DNA from: Mesotaenium endlicherianum
Taxonomy: Eukaryota
DNA: 32,546 bases
Reading direction: 5' to 3'
Assembly (NCBI GenBank): GCA_009602735.1
Contig: WELA01003597.1
Span: 566,882-599,427, forward strand
The notes under the pieces are model-generated. The model worked only from the letters and a program-made list of their open reading frames with translations, had not been told where the DNA came from and did not search any database. Numbering within the stretch: the first letter of the stretch is position 1; every line of letters begins with the position of its first letter. Made by a program: the position numbers and the translations under genes. Of this stretch, positions 30,167-32,546 are shown piece after piece.

Positions 30167-32546
30167 ACCCCAAGACCCACTTCACGAGAAGGCAACAAGC
30201 CAAGTGAGGTGGAGACCCCCGTTGAAGACGACGTTCCAGCCCCAATGAGTTTGAGAGGTTACCTTGGAGGAGAGAAGGTCCACATCTTGGTGGATAGCGG
30301 AGCTCAAGGCAACTTCATTGCTGCAGATTTTGCCACCAAGCACGGTATTACTATGCGAACTCTTGACCACGACGAGGAGATTATGATGCCCGATGGATTC
30401 TCCTATACTACCCCTTCCAAGAAGACGTACCCCTTGGCACTCTCTATCAAGTCCTTCAAGGATAGAGTAGTGTTCTCCCCCATGCAATTGGGCAAGTACG
30501 ACGTCATCCTAGGGACGCCTTGGTTGACCAAGCACAACCCCCAAGTTGATTGGAGGACCGGTACTATCAAGATCAAGAATGACATCACTTCAAGAATCTG
30601 TATTTTGCGCGCAATCCAGAATATCCAGACCCAAGACATCGAGAAGCCGACACACGAGATACTATTGTCCGCCCTCCAACTCAAGAGACTTGTGAGGAAG
30701 GGACACGAGCTTCTTTTGGCCTTGATCAAGCCAAAAGACATCAAGAAAGACAACGAGAGTCAAGAAGGTAGACCCCTTCTCAAGGAGATACAAGAAGTCT
30801 TGAAGGACTACAAAGAAGTGTTCTCCCCGGAATTGCCCTAGGGCCTACCCCCCAAGAGATTCGTAGACCACAAGATAGAGTTGGAGGCCGGAACCAAGCC
30901 CATCTCTTGGCCTACGTTCAAGATTTCATACACGGAGCTAGACGAAGTCAAGAAGCAAATCAAAGAAGCTACTGGAGCATGGCTTCATTCGACCTAGCAA
31001 GTCGCCATTTGGAGCCCCGGTGCTATTTGTCAAGAAGAAAGATGGTACCTTGAGGATGTGTGTGGACTATCACGCCCTCAACAAGATCACCATCAAGAAT
31101 CGATACCCGTTGCCGCGCATGGATGAGCTCATGGACCGGCTGGTTGGAGCCAAGTATTTCACGAAGGTGGACTTACGGAGCGGCTACNTTTCACGAAGGT
31201 GGACTTGAGAATTGGCTACCACCAGATTCGCTGAACCTGACATAGAGAAAACGGCGTTCAGGACAAGATATGGACATTTTGAGTTCATGGTCCTGCCATT
31301 TGGACTCACCAACGCGCCAGCAACTTTCATGACTATGATGAACACCATATTTCAGCCCATGTTGGACAGATTTGTGGTGGTATTCATCGATGACATCCTT
31401 ATCTACAGCAAGACCCTTGAAGAGCATGCGAGACACTTGACGGAAGTCCTCGAAGTATTGAAGCAAAACAAGCTATTTGCAAAGGAGTCAAAGTGCGAGT
31501 TTGCCAAACAAGAAGTGGAGTTCCTAGGTCTCCACGTGACTGCTGATGGCATCAAGATAGACCCCAAGAAGACCACGGTGGTGGAGGAATGGCCAACCCC
31601 CACGACCAAGAAAGAACTCCAGTCATTCTNGCTCCAACCATTCTTGGGATTTGCCAATTGGTACAGGAGATTCATTCAGAGCTTCTCGAACATAGCAGCC
31701 CCTCTCACGGATCTACTCAAGAAGGACAAGCCATATGTTTGGATTGAGAAAGAGGAGGAAGCATTCCAACAACTGAAACAAAGATTGACGACATCCCCGG
31801 TGCTCACACTCCCAAGTCCATACCCAGATTGGCCCATCCACGTCATCACCGATGCATCTTCCTATGCAATTGGAGCAATCCTGCTTCAAGACCAAGGCAA
31901 GGGACTGCAGCCCATTGCCTACGAGTCAAGGAAGCTTAATCCAGCCGAGCAAAATTATACAACCACAGAGCGAGAGGCATTGGCGATTGTACATGCCTTG
32001 AAGGTTTGGCGCTGCTACGTTGAAGGACGCAAGGTACTGGTCACTACGGACCACGAGGCGTTAAAGCACCTCCAAACGCAGCCGCATCTCTCNGACGCAG
32101 CCGCATCTCTCAAGGAGACAAGCAAGATGGAGCGAATACTTGCAACAATACACAACACGATTCAGTTTCAGCCCGGCAAAACAAACCCGGCTGACCCCCT
32201 CTCAAGACTGCAATTAAATGCAGTGATGACATCCCTAAAGACAGATCTAGAAGCTCAATTTTCAGCCGCCTATAAAAGAGACCCTTACTACAAGAACGAA
32301 GAAGCAGCCTTGGACCCATACAAGAAGCAAGAAGGCAATTATTGGGTGAGGCATGACACAAGCCAAAGATGTGTTCCTAATGACTTAGACCTCCGGCTCT
32401 TGCTTCTACGAGAAGCACACGACAACCCTCTTGGAGGACACTTTGGAATCCTAAAGACCACGGGCGTTCTAGCCAGGACTTATTGTTGGCCAGGCATGTC
32501 TAAGCAAGTCAAGGAGTACTGCAGGAGCTGTGACACATGCCAAAGA
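30131..32546 (+). pseudogene. pol: pol of element B (PR, RT, RNase H, integrase N-terminus), disrupted and partly an assembly mosaic
   Basis: LVDSGAQGNF; TAG at 30839; frameshift near 30965; [48 protein letters not shown]...SCDTCQ; three N junctions. Confidence 0.92.

Larger units (their letters stand above)
28414..32546 (+). mobile_element. Element B: Ty3/gypsy retrotransposon, truncated by the window end
   Basis: Putative 5' LTR, PBS TGGTATTGGAGC at 28917-28928, gag, PR, RT, RH and the start of integrase. Confidence 0.93.

Overview
A eukaryotic, transposon-saturated window with no intact host gene. The tRNA-iMet-primed chromoviruses, TRIM and hAT MITE suggest a plant or green-algal genome, but that is inference. 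Target-site duplications (TSDs) resolve most of it into nested insertions. The oldest layer is a decayed minus-strand DDE transposase gene whose motifs match the RAG1/Transib/Chapaev group (about 1226-2169 plus 18229-19347). It faces an unknown convergent plus-strand gene (111 to about 1346). The transposase is split by a non-coding LTR element D (2170-18228, TSD TGTGA). A chromovirus C (about 8772-18221, minus, TSD CATTT) sits 2 bp from the tip of D's 3' LTR and carries an extra ORF of about 450-550 codons. C's gag holds a 469-bp TRIM (TSD ACCGG) and a 279-bp hAT-type MITE (TSD ATCCCAGG). Further right are a full-length decayed chromovirus A (19647-25344, minus, TSD ATCCA) and a piggyBac-like transposase pseudogene (26361-28413, minus). 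A third Ty3/gypsy element B (from 28414, plus) interrupts that pseudogene and runs off the window. All alignments and divergence values were made by eye, and family motifs are recalled, not searched.
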